Shown here: in pieces, positions 49,247-60,360 of the stretch
How positions within the stretch are numbered: the stretch's first letter is position 1
Layout: the number at the start of each line of letters is the position of its first letter
Origin: Candidatus Woesearchaeota archaeon B3_Woes
GTDB lineage: Archaea; Nanobdellota; Nanobdellia; Woesearchaeales; B3-WOES
Direction of reading: 5' to 3'
NCBI GenBank assembly: GCA_005222965.1
Contig: NJBG01000001.1
Span: 332,323-396,322, forward strand
Length of the DNA: 64,000 bases
Position numbers and translations under genes: made by a program
The notes under the pieces: generated by a model
Told to the model about the DNA's origin: nothing
Seen by the model: the letters and a program-made list of their open reading frames with translations, nothing else
Databases searched by the model: none

Positions 49247-50398
49247 ATGAAAAAAGAATTATTTATTGCGTCTGCAACATTAGTTGGGTTTTGTGTTGGT
49301 GCAGGAATACTTGGATTGCCTTATGTATTCTCAAAAGCCGGTTTTTTAACAGGCATACTAAATGTGATTCTAATTGGTTTCGCAGTAACAATTCTTTACC
49401 TTATGCTCGGAGAAGTAAGTTTAAGAACAAAAAGAAGTCATCAAATAACAGGATATGCTGGAAAATATTTAGGAAGAAAAGGGAAAAAAACTTTGTTTTA
49501 TCTCATCTTAATTGGATGGTATGGCGCTATAATTGCCTATACAATAAAAATAGGGGAATTTCTATCTGCTCTAATATCCCCAATAATAAACATAAGTCCA
49601 ATCTATTACTCAATACTTTTTGCATTAGTTGGATATTTATTTGTGCATAAAGGAATTGCTATTATAGAAAAAAGCGAATTTTGGATGATTCTATTTATTA
49701 TTATTATTTTCATTCTAATTGGGATTTTTTCCATGCCTTCAATAGATCAACATAATCTCACAAAATTTAACTTAGAGGAATTCTGGTTTCCGTTTGGAAT
49801 AGTGCTTTTTGCATTTGGAGCAGCAGGAGCAATTCCTGAAATGAGAGAAGAACTAAAGAAAAATGAAAAACTAATGAAGCCCGCTATAATATTAGGTACC
49901 TCTCTATCTGCATTAGCTTATATGATATTTCCTTTATTTGTTGTTGGTGTAACAGGCCAATCAACAACAGACGGTGCAATCATTGGTCTAGGTAATGTTT
50001 TAGGATACAAGATGTTGTTATTAGGAGGTCTTTTGGGTATACTGACTATGTCAACATCTTTTTTAGCAATAGGTTTAGCAATAAAGGAAATTTTCAAATT
50101 TGATTATAGAAAGAATAATCTAAAATCCTCTTTATTGGCTTGCATTTTTCCATTCATAATCGCACTAATCATCATCATATTAAAAATAAACAATGCATTT
50201 TATAATGTTCTTAATATAATTGGATCTTTTATCTATCCTCTCTCAGGAATTATGTTTGTATTAATATTCTGGAAAACGAGAAAGAAAGGAGATAGAAAAC
50301 CAGAATACAGTCTCAAATTCAGCAAAATATTGGGAACAATTATAATTTTGTTATTTTTAGCAGGATTCATAAATGAATTGATATTATTGCTATTTTGA
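49247..50398 (+). CDS. Amino-acid permease (HAAAP/aromatic amino acid type)
   Basis: VGAGILGLP, PFGIVLFAF, IPE, TSFL; about 11 TM segments. Confidence 0.87.
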   Translation: MKKELFIASATLVGFCVGAGILGLPYVFSKAGFLTGILNVILIGFAVTILYLMLGEVSLRTKRSHQITGYAGKYLGRKGKKTLFYLILIGWYGAIIAYTIKIGEFLSALISPIINISPIYYSILFALVGYLFVHKGIAIIEKSEFWMILFIIIIFILIGIFSMPSIDQHNLTKFNLEEFWFPFGIVLFAFGAAGAIPEMREELKKNEKLMKPAIILGTSLSALAYMIFPLFVVGVTGQSTTDGAIIGLGNVLGYKMLLLGGLLGILTMSTSFLAIGLAIKEIFKFDYRKNNLKSSLLACIFPFIIALIIIILKINNAFYNVLNIIGSFIYPLSGIMFVLIFWKTRKKGDRKPEYSLKFSKILGTIIILLFLAGFINELILLLF

Positions 50399-53300
50399 AA
50401 TATAAGCCCATAATCTGGCAAATATGTTTGTTTCTGGTGTATCTCTAACAGTTAATTTAATAAGATTACTGTCAACCTTTCCTCCTTTCATATCATTTGC
50501 AGTAAATATAACAAATTCAGAACCATACCAGTTTCTTTTAGGTATTAAAATAGCATTGCCTTCTTCATAAACAATTCTGATATTTTGTAATTCTGTAGTT
50601 GTATAGTATAATTCATCCATATCTGGATCTAAAAAATATTTAGTCAAATTGATAATTTGTTTTGTGTCTTCATCCCATTTTTGATCAGGAATGCCAAAAG
50701 ATTCTTCAACAATAATCCCCATCTCTTCTTCAACAGCTACAACTGTTTTATTTTCAATTATTTCATCTACAACAATTGTTTCATTATCTCCTCCTTTCTC
50801 AAACTCAAAAGCAGACTGTAAATAAACATACCCAGCAGTGATTATTCCAAGAAGAATAACAAACAATAAAACACTAAGGAGGGTCTTCTTTGTTTTTTGA
50901 CTTATTTTTTTCCTTGCTTTTCCTTTTCTCTTTTTCTTAAGCCATTTCATAGATAAAATATCTATAATTATCAAAAACAATAAAATAATTCCCCCTAAAA
51001 TATACCATTTATACGAAGTTAAAAAATTAAGAATGTTTTTCCATAAATAATATCCCCAAAGAGCAATGATTACCAGTATTAAGAAAACAATAAGAAACCA
51101 AAATATCTTTTTAAATTTATATTTAGTAAATTTGATTTTTTCAGTTGTAATTATTTTCTTTTCAACTTTAACATATTCTGTTTTTCTAGCAACAATAGCA
51201 AAATAACTCAAATGTTTTATTATTGATTCATAATAATAATAATTCTTATCTTCGTTTATCTGTTTTGTGTTAACCCCTTCCCATTGGTGATGATATTTTC
51301 TAAGTGAAATATTGCTTTGCTTAACATTGTTTTTCTTTAACCAAGATTTTTTAACTCTAAATCTTATTACTATTTCATTTATATCTGAAGTTTCAAGATT
51401 GTTTTGTGTAAATTCAAAATATTCATAAACTAAATCTGCTGCTTTAATAAAAGTTGGTTTTTTTAGCTTTTTCAACAATAACTTAACATTTGAAACAGTT
51501 TTTCTAAGCTTTATTATTACCTCACCACAAGCAATTCTCTTGTTTGTTAATATAATTTCTCGATTTGCAGAACTTATTTCAAAATATGTCATATTACGCT
51601 TTTTTATTTTTTTTGAGAGAATAAATAAAAATAATAAGATAACTAGACCTGCAATAACATAAAGAACATAATTAACATTAATCACAAAAAAATCCCATAA
51701 ACTGCTAGCAAAAGTTAAAACCACAGAAGGTTCTACTGTTACATTTATTGGTTTTTCAGACAATTTATCAGTTACATTTTCTGTAATGTTCTCTCCAGTA
51801 TCAACAAGCAAATCTCCTAAAATAAAATAGTAAACAAGAAAACCAAGAACAACTAAAGCTATAAGAATTAATAAAACTTGTAGGATCTCTTTTTTAACTT
51901 TTAATTTAATTGGTTTTTTTGCAACTTTAGAAACTTTTTTTGTTTTGGTCTCTCTTTTCTTTAATTTTTTAATGATAAGTAAAAGTATAATTAATAATAA
52001 CAATATCCCAAAACCTATTGCAAAATAAATCCAATAACTAACTAAAAAATTCTTAATAAATGAGATAACCCATTTTAATTTTAGAATAATAAACAACAAT
52101 TTATTTCTAAACAACAAAGCAAGAATAGCTAAAATAACTAACAACAAGACCAATATACCAAAAACTATTTTCTTTTTGCTTATTTTAATCTTTTTTATTT
52201 TAGTTCTAATCTTTCTCTTATATTTTTTGATAACATGAATGAAGATAGCTAAAATTAATATTAATAAAAAAATACCAACAGCCAGATATAATAAATAAGG
52301 AGCAACATAACTATAATAAAACCCATCAAAGAAATTCATTGTAACTAAAGTTATTCCTAATGATTCTTCATAAACAACATTAGTTCCACTAACCTTTATT
52401 TGCATATTTGCTTTATAATTCCCTCTAGAAGTGGTATTTGTAGGAACAGAAACCAAATTAATTATTCCTGTCTTGCCAGAAACAACACTTAAAGAAGATG
52501 TTTCAAGACTTAACCAGTCTTCAGCATCTAGGGATATATCATACTTTGCTGTTTTACTACCTTTATTCTCAACATTTAAAAGGGTTTTCACACTGTTATA
52601 ATCTAAAACAAACTCTTTTTTATTATCTAAAGTCGATATATAAGGTTTATAACAATTATCAACACTCAAGGTAATATTTTCTGTTTTTTGTATCTCTCCT
52701 AACTCGCTTATAATATTAAGAATAACATTAAAATCTCCTTCTACATTTGATGTATTGATACTGATTTGAACAGTTTTTTCCTGATATTTATTTAATTTAA
52801 TCTGATTATTTGATAATTTTACCCATCTTGGAGATTTTAGATTTAGATTATATACATTAGCAAAATTTGCATTATTCTTTAATTTCAATGGAATTGTTTC
52901 TTCAGAATTTGTACATAAAGAGTATATTTCTCCTTCATCATGTTCTATAAATTTATCTCCAATCTCTCCTAATCTTAAACTATAATCATAAGCTCTATCT
53001 ATATTTAAATAAGCAAATGTTTTAGCATATAATTTTGTATTTAAAGTCTTAACACTAAAAGGAATAGTATAATTGCCATAAAAATTACAAGGAGGAGTTA
53101 TATCAATATAAAAAGGAATTTCTTGACTAGACCTTAACACTACATTATTAAAACTTACATTAGCATACAAGCCAAATGGTTTTTCAAATTTTAAACTATA
53201 TGTTTCATCAAAATCTCCTGTATTCTTTAGATTAAATTGATAAGAAGCTGTGCTACATGGTTTGATTCTTTTACTAAATTCAACAGGTAAAACTTCTATA

Positions 53301-53701
53301 TTTTGTGGTTTTTCAACAACAATTTTTTGTTTTAAAGTTTTTTCTAAGTTTAAAGCAGTATTTATATGAAGTTTTAGATCATAATTCCCTTTTTTACCAC
53401 AAGGAACACTAAAAGAAGTAATAATATCTTGTGATTGACCAGGTTCAAGCACAAAAGACCAAGGTCCTAAAGACAAAAACTTAACAGCAGAACCTTTTAC
53501 ATTTAATGTATAACTACTGGAAATTTCTCCTGTATTTGTAACCGTTATAGTGCTGCCTTCAGAAACCACACACTCATAAACACTTACAGATTCAGGTTCT
53601 GTAAACTGAAAGTTTTCAACAAGACCAAAAGCAAAATTAGAAAACATAAAGAATATAAAAAAAGTCATTAATATTAATGTTATTATTTTATTCTTTATCA
53701 T
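50390..53701 (-). CDS. Large multi-pass envelope protein: Ig-like domains, about 8 TM segments, PGF-pre-PGF-like domain, C-terminal Ig-like domain
   Basis: Signal peptide; NTG/NxG Ig repeats; 'VYEYFEF...IRFRVKKSWL...YYES....LSYFAI'. Confidence 0.75.
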   Translation of the reverse strand: MIKNKIITLILMTFFIFFMFSNFAFGLVENFQFTEPESVSVYECVVSEGSTITVTNTGEISSSYTLNVKGSAVKFLSLGPWSFVLEPGQSQDIITSFSVPCGKKGNYDLKLHINTALNLEKTLKQKIVVEKPQNIEVLPVEFSKRIKPCSTASYQFNLKNTGDFDETYSLKFEKPFGLYANVSFNNVVLRSSQEIPFYIDITPPCNFYGNYTIPFSVKTLNTKLYAKTFAYLNIDRAYDYSLRLGEIGDKFIEHDEGEIYSLCTNSEETIPLKLKNNANFANVYNLNLKSPRWVKLSNNQIKLNKYQEKTVQISINTSNVEGDFNVILNIISELGEIQKTENITLSVDNCYKPYISTLDNKKEFVLDYNSVKTLLNVENKGSKTAKYDISLDAEDWLSLETSSLSVVSGKTGIINLVSVPTNTTSRGNYKANMQIKVSGTNVVYEESLGITLVTMNFFDGFYYSYVAPYLLYLAVGIFLLILILAIFIHVIKKYKRKIRTKIKKIKISKKKIVFGILVLLLVILAILALLFRNKLLFIILKLKWVISFIKNFLVSYWIYFAIGFGILLLLIILLLIIKKLKKRETKTKKVSKVAKKPIKLKVKKEILQVLLILIALVVLGFLVYYFILGDLLVDTGENITENVTDKLSEKPINVTVEPSVVLTFASSLWDFFVINVNYVLYVIAGLVILLFLFILSKKIKKRNMTYFEISSANREIILTNKRIACGEVIIKLRKTVSNVKLLLKKLKKPTFIKAADLVYEYFEFTQNNLETSDINEIVIRFRVKKSWLKKNNVKQSNISLRKYHHQWEGVNTKQINEDKNYYYYESIIKHLSYFAIVARKTEYVKVEKKIITTEKIKFTKYKFKKIFWFLIVFLILVIIALWGYYLWKNILNFLTSYKWYILGGIILLFLIIIDILSMKWLKKKRKGKARKKISQKTKKTLLSVLLFVILLGIITAGYVYLQSAFEFEKGGDNETIVVDEIIENKTVVAVEEEMGIIVEESFGIPDQKWDEDTKQIINLTKYFLDPDMDELYYTTTELQNIRIVYEEGNAILIPKRNWYGSEFVIFTANDMKGGKVDSNLIKLTVRDTPETNIFARLWAYISK

Positions 53702-53779
53702 TAAAATACCTCTTTATTGCTGTATCCTCCGGTGATTATAAAAAACACAATGTAAAAAGAAAAGAAATATTTAAAAAAG

Positions 53780-55033
53780 TTAGTAATAGGTTTTTCCTTC
53801 TTCTTCCATATCGTCTTCATCGCTATTAAGTTTTCTAAATCCTATTATCAAACCTACAACAACTAAGACAACAACTAAGACGACTAAACCAACTTCTAAA
53901 GCTTTTTTAACACTACCAAGACCAGCTGATGTAATAATGTTTGCTGTTAATAATATTTCTTGTGTTGTTGTTCCTAAACCTGAAACTGTTGCACTAAAAC
54001 TGTGTTGACCTGCTACTGCATCTTTATTAGCAGTTACATAAAGATAAACAGTTTTGGTTTCTCCAGCTCCAAGAACAAAGACATTACTTGGACTTACTCT
54101 TACACTTCCAAATACATCAACTCCGTTAACTCCAACTGTAACTGTTTTTGCTGAGTTAGTTGGGTTTGATATTGTTAAAGTATAGATTGCTCCTTCTTTT
54201 GTTACTTCTTGTGCACTTGAATCATAAGTAATTGTAGGTTTTACACCTGAATCAGAGACTCCTACTTCGCATGATTCACCAGAGATAACTTTCATTTCTG
54301 CCATCTCTATTTCTTTTTCATCAGCATCATCATATGTTACTTCAACTTTAACATCATAAGTACCTTCAGCTGCACAACTTGGAACTCTTAAATAAATTTC
54401 TTCACTAGTTGTTGATTCATCTGCTTCTAACTCATCAATATAATCAGAAGCGCTTACTCCTAAGTCAGGTACACTTACCTTAACTTTAATGCCTTCTTCG
54501 TCTTTTTCTCCATAATTCTTCAGTCTAACAGAAGCGAGCAAAGCTCTTCCTGCTTTAACAGATCCTTCAGGACTAAATACAACATCTTTTATCACTAAAT
54601 TATGTCTTCCTGTATCAACTTCTAAATCATAATCATTGTAAGTTGGTTCTCCACCTCTTCCTTCAACTCTAACTCTTAATTTGTATCTGTCTTGATCCAT
54701 TCTTTGGGGCAAACTTAAAGTGAGTTTTTTAGTATATGTAACATTTGCTTTCATATCAAACACATCAGTTATATCTTCAATTCTGTCATCATGATCATAT
54801 CCCCTTATATATGCTTCAATTTGTACATCATTTAAGTCTGTATTAGATGTGGCTCTTACTTTTACTTGGTATTCGTCTCCTCTTTCTATACCACTAATCG
54901 TGTTTGTACCATCTCCTAGATGGTTACTATCTAATAGAACATCATTTATTGTTATAGTAGCACTAGCTACTCCACAAACAGTAAGAATTCCTATTAAAAA
55001 TATGGTCAATAAACCACTTAATTTTGTTTTCAT
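53780..55033 (-). CDS. Putative S-layer/CARDB-like protein with a C-terminal TM
   Basis: Signal peptide, beta-rich acidic domains, terminal TM plus acidic tail ending YY. Confidence 0.7.
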   Translation of the reverse strand: MKTKLSGLLTIFLIGILTVCGVASATITINDVLLDSNHLGDGTNTISGIERGDEYQVKVRATSNTDLNDVQIEAYIRGYDHDDRIEDITDVFDMKANVTYTKKLTLSLPQRMDQDRYKLRVRVEGRGGEPTYNDYDLEVDTGRHNLVIKDVVFSPEGSVKAGRALLASVRLKNYGEKDEEGIKVKVSVPDLGVSASDYIDELEADESTTSEEIYLRVPSCAAEGTYDVKVEVTYDDADEKEIEMAEMKVISGESCEVGVSDSGVKPTITYDSSAQEVTKEGAIYTLTISNPTNSAKTVTVGVNGVDVFGSVRVSPSNVFVLGAGETKTVYLYVTANKDAVAGQHSFSATVSGLGTTTQEILLTANIITSAGLGSVKKALEVGLVVLVVVLVVVGLIIGFRKLNSDEDDMEEEGKTYY

Positions 55034-55253
55034 TTTGTTTTTGCCCCCAAAAAATTGTTTAATCTCAATTGGATATAAATCATTATTATATTACCCATAT
55101 ATAAACTTTTCGTTTATACACATTGTAGAGTAGTTAATTATAATGACTATCAAAGAGTAATAACTACTTATATATAAAAGTTTCGGAATTATAAAATAAT
55201 TTATCTAAATTAAAAGTAACACATATAAATACTAAAGATATCACATTTAAGAT

Positions 55254-56324
55254 ATGATTAATATAATAGGGGCTGGTCCTGCTGGAAGCTATACAGCTTA
55301 TCTTCTCTCTAAAAAAGGCAGAGAAGTGAATGTTTTTGAAGAGCACAAAAAAATAGGTTTGCCAATCCAATGTGCAGGAGTAACTACTAGTTTATTAGAG
55401 AGTATGATTAAACTAAAAAAAGATGTTGTAGTCAATAAAATAAACAAAGCAAGAATCTTTTCTCCTAACAAAAAGTTTATTGAAGTAAACCTAAAAGAAA
55501 AAAATTTAGTTATTGATAGGAATAAATTTGACAACCAAATTGCAGATATGGCAAAAAAACAAGGTGCTAAATTTTTTTTAAATAGTAAGTTTATTACTAA
55601 CAAAAATAATTATGTTGCAATTAAAAATAATAACAGAATAAAAAAGATAAAATTTGATTATTTAATTGGTGCTGATGGACCATTAAGCCAAGTGGCAAAA
55701 TCAAACAACTTGTACAAAAAAAGAGAGTTTTGGCAAGGTATCCAAGCAAGAGTAAATCTCAAAAACAATAACATGATTGAATTCTATCCCTATTTTGGGA
55801 CATATGCGTGGGTTGTTCCTGAAAATAAAGATGTAGCAAGAGTTGGGTTAGTATCACAAAGATACACAAATGTTTTGTTTAAGAATTTTTTATTCAAATT
55901 TAAGAAAATCAAACAAAAAGACATAATTGAACACCAAGGAGGCATCATTCCCCAACACAATCCATGGATAAAAACGCAAAAAGATAATATATATTTAGTA
56001 GGTGATGCTGCTTGTCAAGTCAAAGCCACAACAGGGGGAGGGATTATACAAAGCCTAATAGCATCAAAAGCTCTTGTTGATTCCATAAAAAATAATAAAA
56101 AATATGGAATAGAATGGAGAAAACTGCTTGGAAAAGAACTTTACGCTCACTATAAATCACGAAAGATGATGGACAAATTCAAAGAAAAAGATTGGAATAA
56201 ATTAGTAAAGGAAATAAATAAAGATGTTTTGGAAAACAATGATAGAGATAATATATCTGTTATGATTACTAAGCTACTTATGAAAAAACCAAGTTTATTA
56301 TATTTTGCTAAGCATTTGATATGA
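55254..56324 (+). CDS. Geranylgeranyl reductase-family flavoprotein
   Basis: IIGAGPAG, PIQCAG, GADG, YAWVVP, VGDAA, TGGGI. Confidence 0.88.
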   Translation: MINIIGAGPAGSYTAYLLSKKGREVNVFEEHKKIGLPIQCAGVTTSLLESMIKLKKDVVVNKINKARIFSPNKKFIEVNLKEKNLVIDRNKFDNQIADMAKKQGAKFFLNSKFITNKNNYVAIKNNNRIKKIKFDYLIGADGPLSQVAKSNNLYKKREFWQGIQARVNLKNNNMIEFYPYFGTYAWVVPENKDVARVGLVSQRYTNVLFKNFLFKFKKIKQKDIIEHQGGIIPQHNPWIKTQKDNIYLVGDAACQVKATTGGGIIQSLIASKALVDSIKNNKKYGIEWRKLLGKELYAHYKSRKMMDKFKEKDWNKLVKEINKDVLENNDRDNISVMITKLLMKKPSLLYFAKHLI

Positions 56325-56358
56325 AATCATAAAGTTTTTAAAACAATCTAAATAACTT

Positions 56359-59300
56359 ATGTATAAGGGGGATATGGAAGAAACCAAAAAGAAAGAGGAT
56401 AAAGAATATCTAAGTATAGATGTTGATGAATCTCAAGATTCAGATGATGAGATTTCTATTGATTTTTCTAAAGTTAAAAACTTTTTTCAAAAGAAGAAGA
56501 AAGACAAAATTGAAGAAGCAGAGGAAAAAGTTGAAGAAATAGAAGAAGGAATTACAGAAACTAAAGAAGAATTAGAAAAGGAATCAAAACAAACTTATGA
56601 AGAGGAGAAAGAGGAAAGTGATGACGAAGAGATTAGTATTGATTTTTCAAAAATTAAAGATTTTTTTAAAAGAAAAAAAGAAAAAGTAAAGAAAGGTTCA
56701 AAAAAATCAACAGATAAAGAATCTTCTGAAGATGAAATTTCTATTGATTGGAAAAACTTTATAAATTTCTTCAAGAAAAATAAATACATCATTCCAGTAT
56801 TATTAATTTTAATTGCTGTATTCTTTTCAACTTTTTTTAGAATGTATCCTGTTTATTTACCAGCAACAGATAATTGGGCAACAAGTTCTGTACATAATAG
56901 TGTAAAAGCCAATATTAAAAATCAAATTAATCAGCAATATCCTAATTTACCAGATGCAAACAAAAATATGTTAGTTGAATCTCAATTCAAAAAAGTTCTT
57001 GAACAAGAGAAACAACAAATAAATGATCAAATAAGAGCTACTTCTGATTATTTTAAAGCAAAAATGCAAGATGATGCTGGACAAACATATTTATTAGCTA
57101 TTGATCCATATTATTGGTATGCTTCAGCAAGAAATTACATAAATCATGGACAATTTGGAGATAGTTATAATGAAAATGGAGAGAAAATATTTAGTCTCAG
57201 AAATGGAAGAGAAGATATGAATCCAACCTCAATAAAATTTCATCCTTTAATTGGTGCTTGGTTATATAAATTCCTACATTTTTTTAATAAAAATGTTTCT
57301 TTGATGGGTGTTATATTTATCATGCCAGTTATCTTAATTGGTTTGTCCATTATTCCTGCTTTTTTTATTGGAAAAAGAGTTGGAGGAAATCTGGGTGGGT
57401 TTTTTGCAGCAATGATTGTTGCAATTAATTCTTCTTTATTAAGCAGAACACCTGCTGGATTTTCTGATACAGACTCTTATAATATCTTTTTTCCATTATT
57501 TATATTATGGATGTTTATTGAAGCTTTTGAAGAAAAAGATTTAAAAAAATCCGTTAAATTTATATCTATTGGAGGGTTATTAACTGGATTGTACAGCACT
57601 GCATGGGGTGGTTGGTGGTATGTCTTTGATTTTGTGTTGGTTACAACAGGTATATATTTAATATATCAATTTATTTTAAATATAAAACACATTAAAAATG
57701 GATTTGTTAAATATTTAAATATTCCTGTGATTAAAAATTCAATAATTATTGGTGGATCTTTTTTTATTACCTCTGCTATATTTGTATCTTTATTTAAAGG
57801 ATTCAATTCTTTTGTAATGCCTTTTAGAGGCCCATTAAGTGTTATAAAATTAAAAGAGGTTGCTATAACAACAATTTGGCCTAATGTATTAACAACAGTA
57901 GCTGAGTTCAATAAAACAAGATTTGGAGCAATAATATCACAAATGGGTGGACAATTATTATTTTCTATAGCAATAATTGGTATTATCTTAACCGTACTTA
58001 TAAAAAATAATGAAAATAAGAGGGATGTAAAATATGCAATTTTCTTAACTATATGGTTTATTGGAACTCTTTATGGATTTACAAAAGGAGTAAGGTTTGC
58101 AATTTTAATGGTTCCTGCATTTGCAATTGCTTTTGGTGTTTCAATAGGTGTCATATACAATTATTTAAGTAGATGGTTATCTAAGGGTTTGCATGTTAAT
58201 AAATATATATCACATTTCATTATAATTGCTTCTCTTCTCTTACTATTAATTTCTCCAATACAAGCAGCTCATAGAACTGCTCTTAATGAAATTCCAAGTA
58301 TGAATGATGAATGGTATGATAGTTTAATAGCAATAAAAGAAAATTCAGAAGATGCTATTATAACTTCGTGGTGGGATTTTGGTCATTGGTTTTACTCAAT
58401 TAGTGAAAGAAGAGTTACTTTTGATGGAGCAGATCAAGGAGAGAGAATCCATTGGGTTGGAAAGAGTTTATTAACTTCTGATGAGGATGAATCTGTTGGA
58501 ATTCTTAAGATGTTAAACTGTGGACAAGAAAAAGCACCACATATTTTAGAAAAATATTTTGAAAATAATACTATAAAATCAATTGATATTTTGAATAAAA
58601 TAATACTCCAAGATAAAAAACAGACTATATTGACATTAAAAAAAGAAAATTTGTCTGATAAAGCTATAGAAGATATTATTAAAGTAACCCATTGTGATGA
58701 TTTAATTGATCAATATTATATAACTTCAGAGGATATGATTGGAAAAGCTGGTGTTTGGGGACATTTTGGAAGTTGGGATTTTAAAAGAGCTAAAATGTGG
58801 AAGACAGTTCACGAATTGGATTATAATGAAGGTATTAAAATTTTAAAAGAAGAGTTTAATCTAAATGAAGACGAAGCAGACAATATTTATTATGAAATAC
58901 AAAATAATAAAGCGGACAGATGGGTAAGTGGCTGGCCTGGCTATCTTTCTGGTTTAAATTCATGTAATGAAAAAGATAATTTGCTTAAATGTGGAAATGG
59001 TTTAGAAGTTAATCTCGTTAATATGGAAGCATATATTTCAACCCAACAAGGAAAGATTTTGTTAAATTCTTTAGCTTTTATTAATAACAAAAAAGAATTT
59101 GAAGTAAAGATGTTTGAAGGAGAAACCGCCCGTTACTCTGCAGCATTATTACCTAATGGAAAAAGCATAATAATGGACCCAAAATTGGCAGGAAGCATGT
59201 TCACAAGACTATTTTTCTTTGACGGTCATGGGTTAAAACATTTTAAAATTTTATCTGATAAAAGACAGATAACTGGAGGAAGAATACAAGTATGGAAAGT

Positions 59301-59361
59301 GGGTTGGGAAGAAGGCGAAACAAATATTCTAGAAGAATTAAAAGTAATAGATATATCATAA
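56359..59361 (+). CDS. aglB: Oligosaccharyltransferase AglB (STT3)
   Basis: DPYY, GFSDTD, TVAE, WWDFGH; many TM segments; start may be ATG 56374. Confidence 0.93.
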   Translation: MYKGDMEETKKKEDKEYLSIDVDESQDSDDEISIDFSKVKNFFQKKKKDKIEEAEEKVEEIEEGITETKEELEKESKQTYEEEKEESDDEEISIDFSKIKDFFKRKKEKVKKGSKKSTDKESSEDEISIDWKNFINFFKKNKYIIPVLLILIAVFFSTFFRMYPVYLPATDNWATSSVHNSVKANIKNQINQQYPNLPDANKNMLVESQFKKVLEQEKQQINDQIRATSDYFKAKMQDDAGQTYLLAIDPYYWYASARNYINHGQFGDSYNENGEKIFSLRNGREDMNPTSIKFHPLIGAWLYKFLHFFNKNVSLMGVIFIMPVILIGLSIIPAFFIGKRVGGNLGGFFAAMIVAINSSLLSRTPAGFSDTDSYNIFFPLFILWMFIEAFEEKDLKKSVKFISIGGLLTGLYSTAWGGWWYVFDFVLVTTGIYLIYQFILNIKHIKNGFVKYLNIPVIKNSIIIGGSFFITSAIFVSLFKGFNSFVMPFRGPLSVIKLKEVAITTIWPNVLTTVAEFNKTRFGAIISQMGGQLLFSIAIIGIILTVLIKNNENKRDVKYAIFLTIWFIGTLYGFTKGVRFAILMVPAFAIAFGVSIGVIYNYLSRWLSKGLHVNKYISHFIIIASLLLLLISPIQAAHRTALNEIPSMNDEWYDSLIAIKENSEDAIITSWWDFGHWFYSISERRVTFDGADQGERIHWVGKSLLTSDEDESVGILKMLNCGQEKAPHILEKYFENNTIKSIDILNKIILQDKKQTILTLKKENLSDKAIEDIIKVTHCDDLIDQYYITSEDMIGKAGVWGHFGSWDFKRAKMWKTVHELDYNEGIKILKEEFNLNEDEADNIYYEIQNNKADRWVSGWPGYLSGLNSCNEKDNLLKCGNGLEVNLVNMEAYISTQQGKILLNSLAFINNKKEFEVKMFEGETARYSAALLPNGKSIIMDPKLAGSMFTRLFFFDGHGLKHFKILSDKRQITGGRIQVWKVGWEEGETNILEELKVIDIS

Positions 59362-59362
59362 A

Positions 59363-60025
59363 ATGATTGATAAAAATGTATGGGTAGTTATTCCAGCATA
59401 TAATGAAAGCAAACACATATTAGATGTAATCAAAAAAACCAAAAAATATTGTTCTAATATTCTTGTAGTTGATGATGGTAGCAAAGATGATACATTTAAA
59501 GTTGCCAAAAAAACTAACATTATAGTTTTAAAACATATAATTAATCTTGGAAAAGGTGCTGCTGCCAAAACTGGTTGTGATTTTGCTTTAAAAAAAGGTG
59601 CAAAAAAGATTATTTTAATGGATTCTGATGGACAACATGATTCTTCTGAAATTCATAAGTTTTTAAAAGCACTAGAAGAAGTAGATATTGTGTTTGGTTA
59701 TAGGAAATTTAATAAAAAAATGCCTTTTATTTTAAAATTTGGAAACAACTCTATAAACTTTATAACAAAACTGCTTTATGGAGTAAATCTTAGAGATACA
59801 CAATGTGGGTATAGGGCCTTGAGAGCAAAAGCCTACAAAAAAGCAAGATGGAGATCTAATGGTTATAGTATGGAATCAGAAATGATTGCTAATATTGGTA
59901 AAAGAAATTTAAAATATAAAGAGATTCCAATCCAAACAATATACTCAGATAGATACAAAGGAACAACAATTTTTGATGGTATTAAAATTGTTTTTAATAT
60001 GTTTTTATGGAGGCTAAAAAAATGA
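59363..60025 (+). CDS. GT2 glycosyltransferase (DPM1-like)
   Basis: VIPAYNE, VDDGSKD, MDSDGQH, DTQCGYR. Confidence 0.92.
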   Translation: MIDKNVWVVIPAYNESKHILDVIKKTKKYCSNILVVDDGSKDDTFKVAKKTNIIVLKHIINLGKGAAAKTGCDFALKKGAKKIILMDSDGQHDSSEIHKFLKALEEVDIVFGYRKFNKKMPFILKFGNNSINFITKLLYGVNLRDTQCGYRALRAKAYKKARWRSNGYSMESEMIANIGKRNLKYKEIPIQTIYSDRYKGTTIFDGIKIVFNMFLWRLKK

Positions 60026-60360
60026 TTATTCAAATACAAATTTTTGGAATATTGTTTGCTTTGTTTATGTTTTACATAACTTTTTTGCACCAAAGAAGAA
60101 ACGAATTTACAACTAAAGAAAGCATATTTTGGTTTGGTGCGTGGGTTGTTTTTTTAACGTTGGTTATTTTTCCAACCTACCTTGATTTTTTTATTAAAGG
60201 TATCTTAAATTTTAGTAGAAGGTTAGATTTTTTTATAGTTATGGGATTTATGTTCTTAATTGGAATCATGTTTCATACTTATACAATTGTAAGAAAAAAT
60301 CAGAACAGAATTGATAAAATTGTGAGAAAGATTGCCATAGAAAAGCAAAATAAAAAATGA
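60022..60360 (+). CDS. DUF2304-family membrane protein
   Basis: 3 TM segments, C-terminal IDKIVRKIAI; typical partner of DPM1-like GT2. Confidence 0.8.
   Translation: MIIQIQIFGILFALFMFYITFLHQRRNEFTTKESIFWFGAWVVFLTLVIFPTYLDFFIKGILNFSRRLDFFIVMGFMFLIGIMFHTYTIVRKNQNRIDKIVRKIAIEKQNKK

Noticed and set aside
55120..55200. Palindromes upstream of the S-layer-like gene (GTAGTTA...TAACTAC)
   Set aside because: Short and AT-rich; they may be operator or promoter elements but cannot be distinguished from chance
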